DNA of 15,090 nucleotides from Acidimicrobiales bacterium (GTDB lineage: Bacteria > Actinomycetota > Acidimicrobiia > Acidimicrobiales > SHLQ01): NCBI GenBank assembly GCA_013002375.1, contig JABDJW010000268.1, positions 1 to 15,090 on the forward strand, given 5' to 3'. A program made the position numbers and the translations under genes. Shown in pieces: positions 14,244 through 15,090 of the stretch (its first letter is position 1; each line of letters begins with the position of its first letter). Under the pieces are notes generated by a model. It did no database searches. It had not been told where the DNA came from and saw only the letters and a program-made list of their open reading frames with translations.

Positions 14244-15090
14244 AGGTTTTCGGCGCGGTCCAGGTGGCCGGAAGGGATTGGGGCTTGCGGAAGACGAGTC
14301 CGCTCGGGGCAGATCCGGCTGGGTCGGACAGCGTGAGATCCGGTAGCCGCCGCATGGCCCCTTCGAGCGCGAGGCGGGTCTCCAGCCGGGCCAGATGAAG
14401 GCCGAGACACACGTGCGGCCCCTGGGCAAAGGTGAGGTGGCGCCCGAGGTTGTCACGGTGAGGATCGAACCGATCGGGGTCCGGGAACGTGGCCGGGTCA
14501 CGGTTGGCCGCAGTGAGCGAAACCGACACGAGGTCGCCTGCTCTGATCGCGACGCCATCGAGCACGGTGTCGGTCGTCGCATAGCGATCGACGACGGCGG
14601 CGGCCGGCTCGATCCGCAGTGCTTCCTCCACGACACGCTCGAGCAACGTTACCCCTCCCCCATCCAGCTCGGCCCGAACCGATTCGGTCAGCTCGGGGTC
14701 GCGGAGCAGGTGAAACAACGCGGTCGCGATCGTTCCCTCGGTGGTCTCGATACCGCCGAACAGCAGCACGCCGACATTGGCCACCAACTCCTCGTCACTC
14801 AGCGTGCCCGATGCCGCCACGGCTCCGAGCAACGTCGGATCGGCCGGCGTGGGGCGGGCCGCACCGACATGGGCTCGCAGCGCGGCGAAGGCGTCGGCCA
14901 CCTCGGGCCCAACCGGTTCGCCGGCGGTGACCGCAGTGATGCCGGCCAAGAACGTGTCGTACCAGCCCAACATGGCATCGACCGATTCGACACCGAGCCC
15001 CAGCACGGACGCCATCGTGCGACCGGCCACCGGTGCGGCGAAGTCGCGCCGGAGGTCGGCCGCTTCGGTGGCGAGGAGCCCGTCGAGCAC
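14242..15090 (-). CDS. Cytochrome P450 (C-terminal ~280 aa; N-terminus beyond the right window edge)
   Basis: I-helix LLFGGIETTEG ((A/G)GxETT), K-helix EEALRIEP (ExxR), heme-binding loop FAQGPHVCLGLHLARLE (FxxGxHxCxG). Confidence 0.85.
   Translation of the reverse strand: MLDGLLATEAADLRRDFAAPVAGRTMASVLGLGVESVDAMLGWYDTFLAGITAVTAGEPVGPEVADAFAALRAHVGAARPTPADPTLLGAVAASGTLSDEELVANVGVLLFGGIETTEGTIATALFHLLRDPELTESVRAELDGGGVTLLERVVEEALRIEPAAAVVDRYATTDTVLDGVAIRAGDLVSVSLTAANRDPATFPDPDRFDPHRDNLGRHLTFAQGPHVCLGLHLARLETRLALEGAMRRLPDLTLSDPAGSAPSGLVFRKPQSLPATWTAPKT

Noticed and set aside
1-15090. CRISPR arrays, IS/transposase genes, integrases, rRNA/tRNA genes
   Set aside because: No direct-repeat/spacer periodicity, no transposase or integrase-like ORFs, and no rRNA or tRNA structure were found. 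The only dispersed repeat is the two-copy hairpin element reported above.

Overview
This is a high-GC, gene-dense (~90 % coding) chromosomal segment that looks actinobacterial: SD-poor starts, GTG starts, 4-nt ATGA/GTGA start-stop overlaps and a leaderless promoter. All calls come from reading the sequence and from recalled protein-family signatures; no database search was possible.

From left to right I see:
- **Export module, minus strand:** a SipW-type signal peptidase I that reads in frame, with no stop, into an RCC1-repeat beta-propeller whose gene runs off the left edge. The propeller carries its own SipW-cognate-like signal peptide. Just upstream is a small TasA/camelysin-like protein with the same signal motif.
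- **Catabolic enzyme operon, minus strand:** luciferase-like (LLM) flavin oxidoreductase, then a type-B carboxylesterase, then an FAD amine-oxidase-family oxidoreductase, tightly packed.
- **Scattered housekeeping and enzyme genes:** a three-TM membrane-anchored pentapeptide-repeat protein, an MTA/SAH-nucleosidase-family protein, an SDR dehydrogenase, RNase Z, a coupled alpha/beta hydrolase and TesB-like thioesterase pair, and a small unknown ORF.
- **PadR -> NfeD-like -> flotillin/SPFH operon, plus strand:** translationally coupled, driven by a near-consensus leaderless promoter with a candidate operator. It is bracketed by two copies of a ~56-nt conserved two-tier hairpin repeat.
- **Right edge:** the C-terminal part of a cytochrome P450, convergent on the flotillin gene.

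The most unusual items are the signal-peptidase/substrate in-frame fusion and the hairpin-bracketed PadR-NfeD-flotillin cassette.
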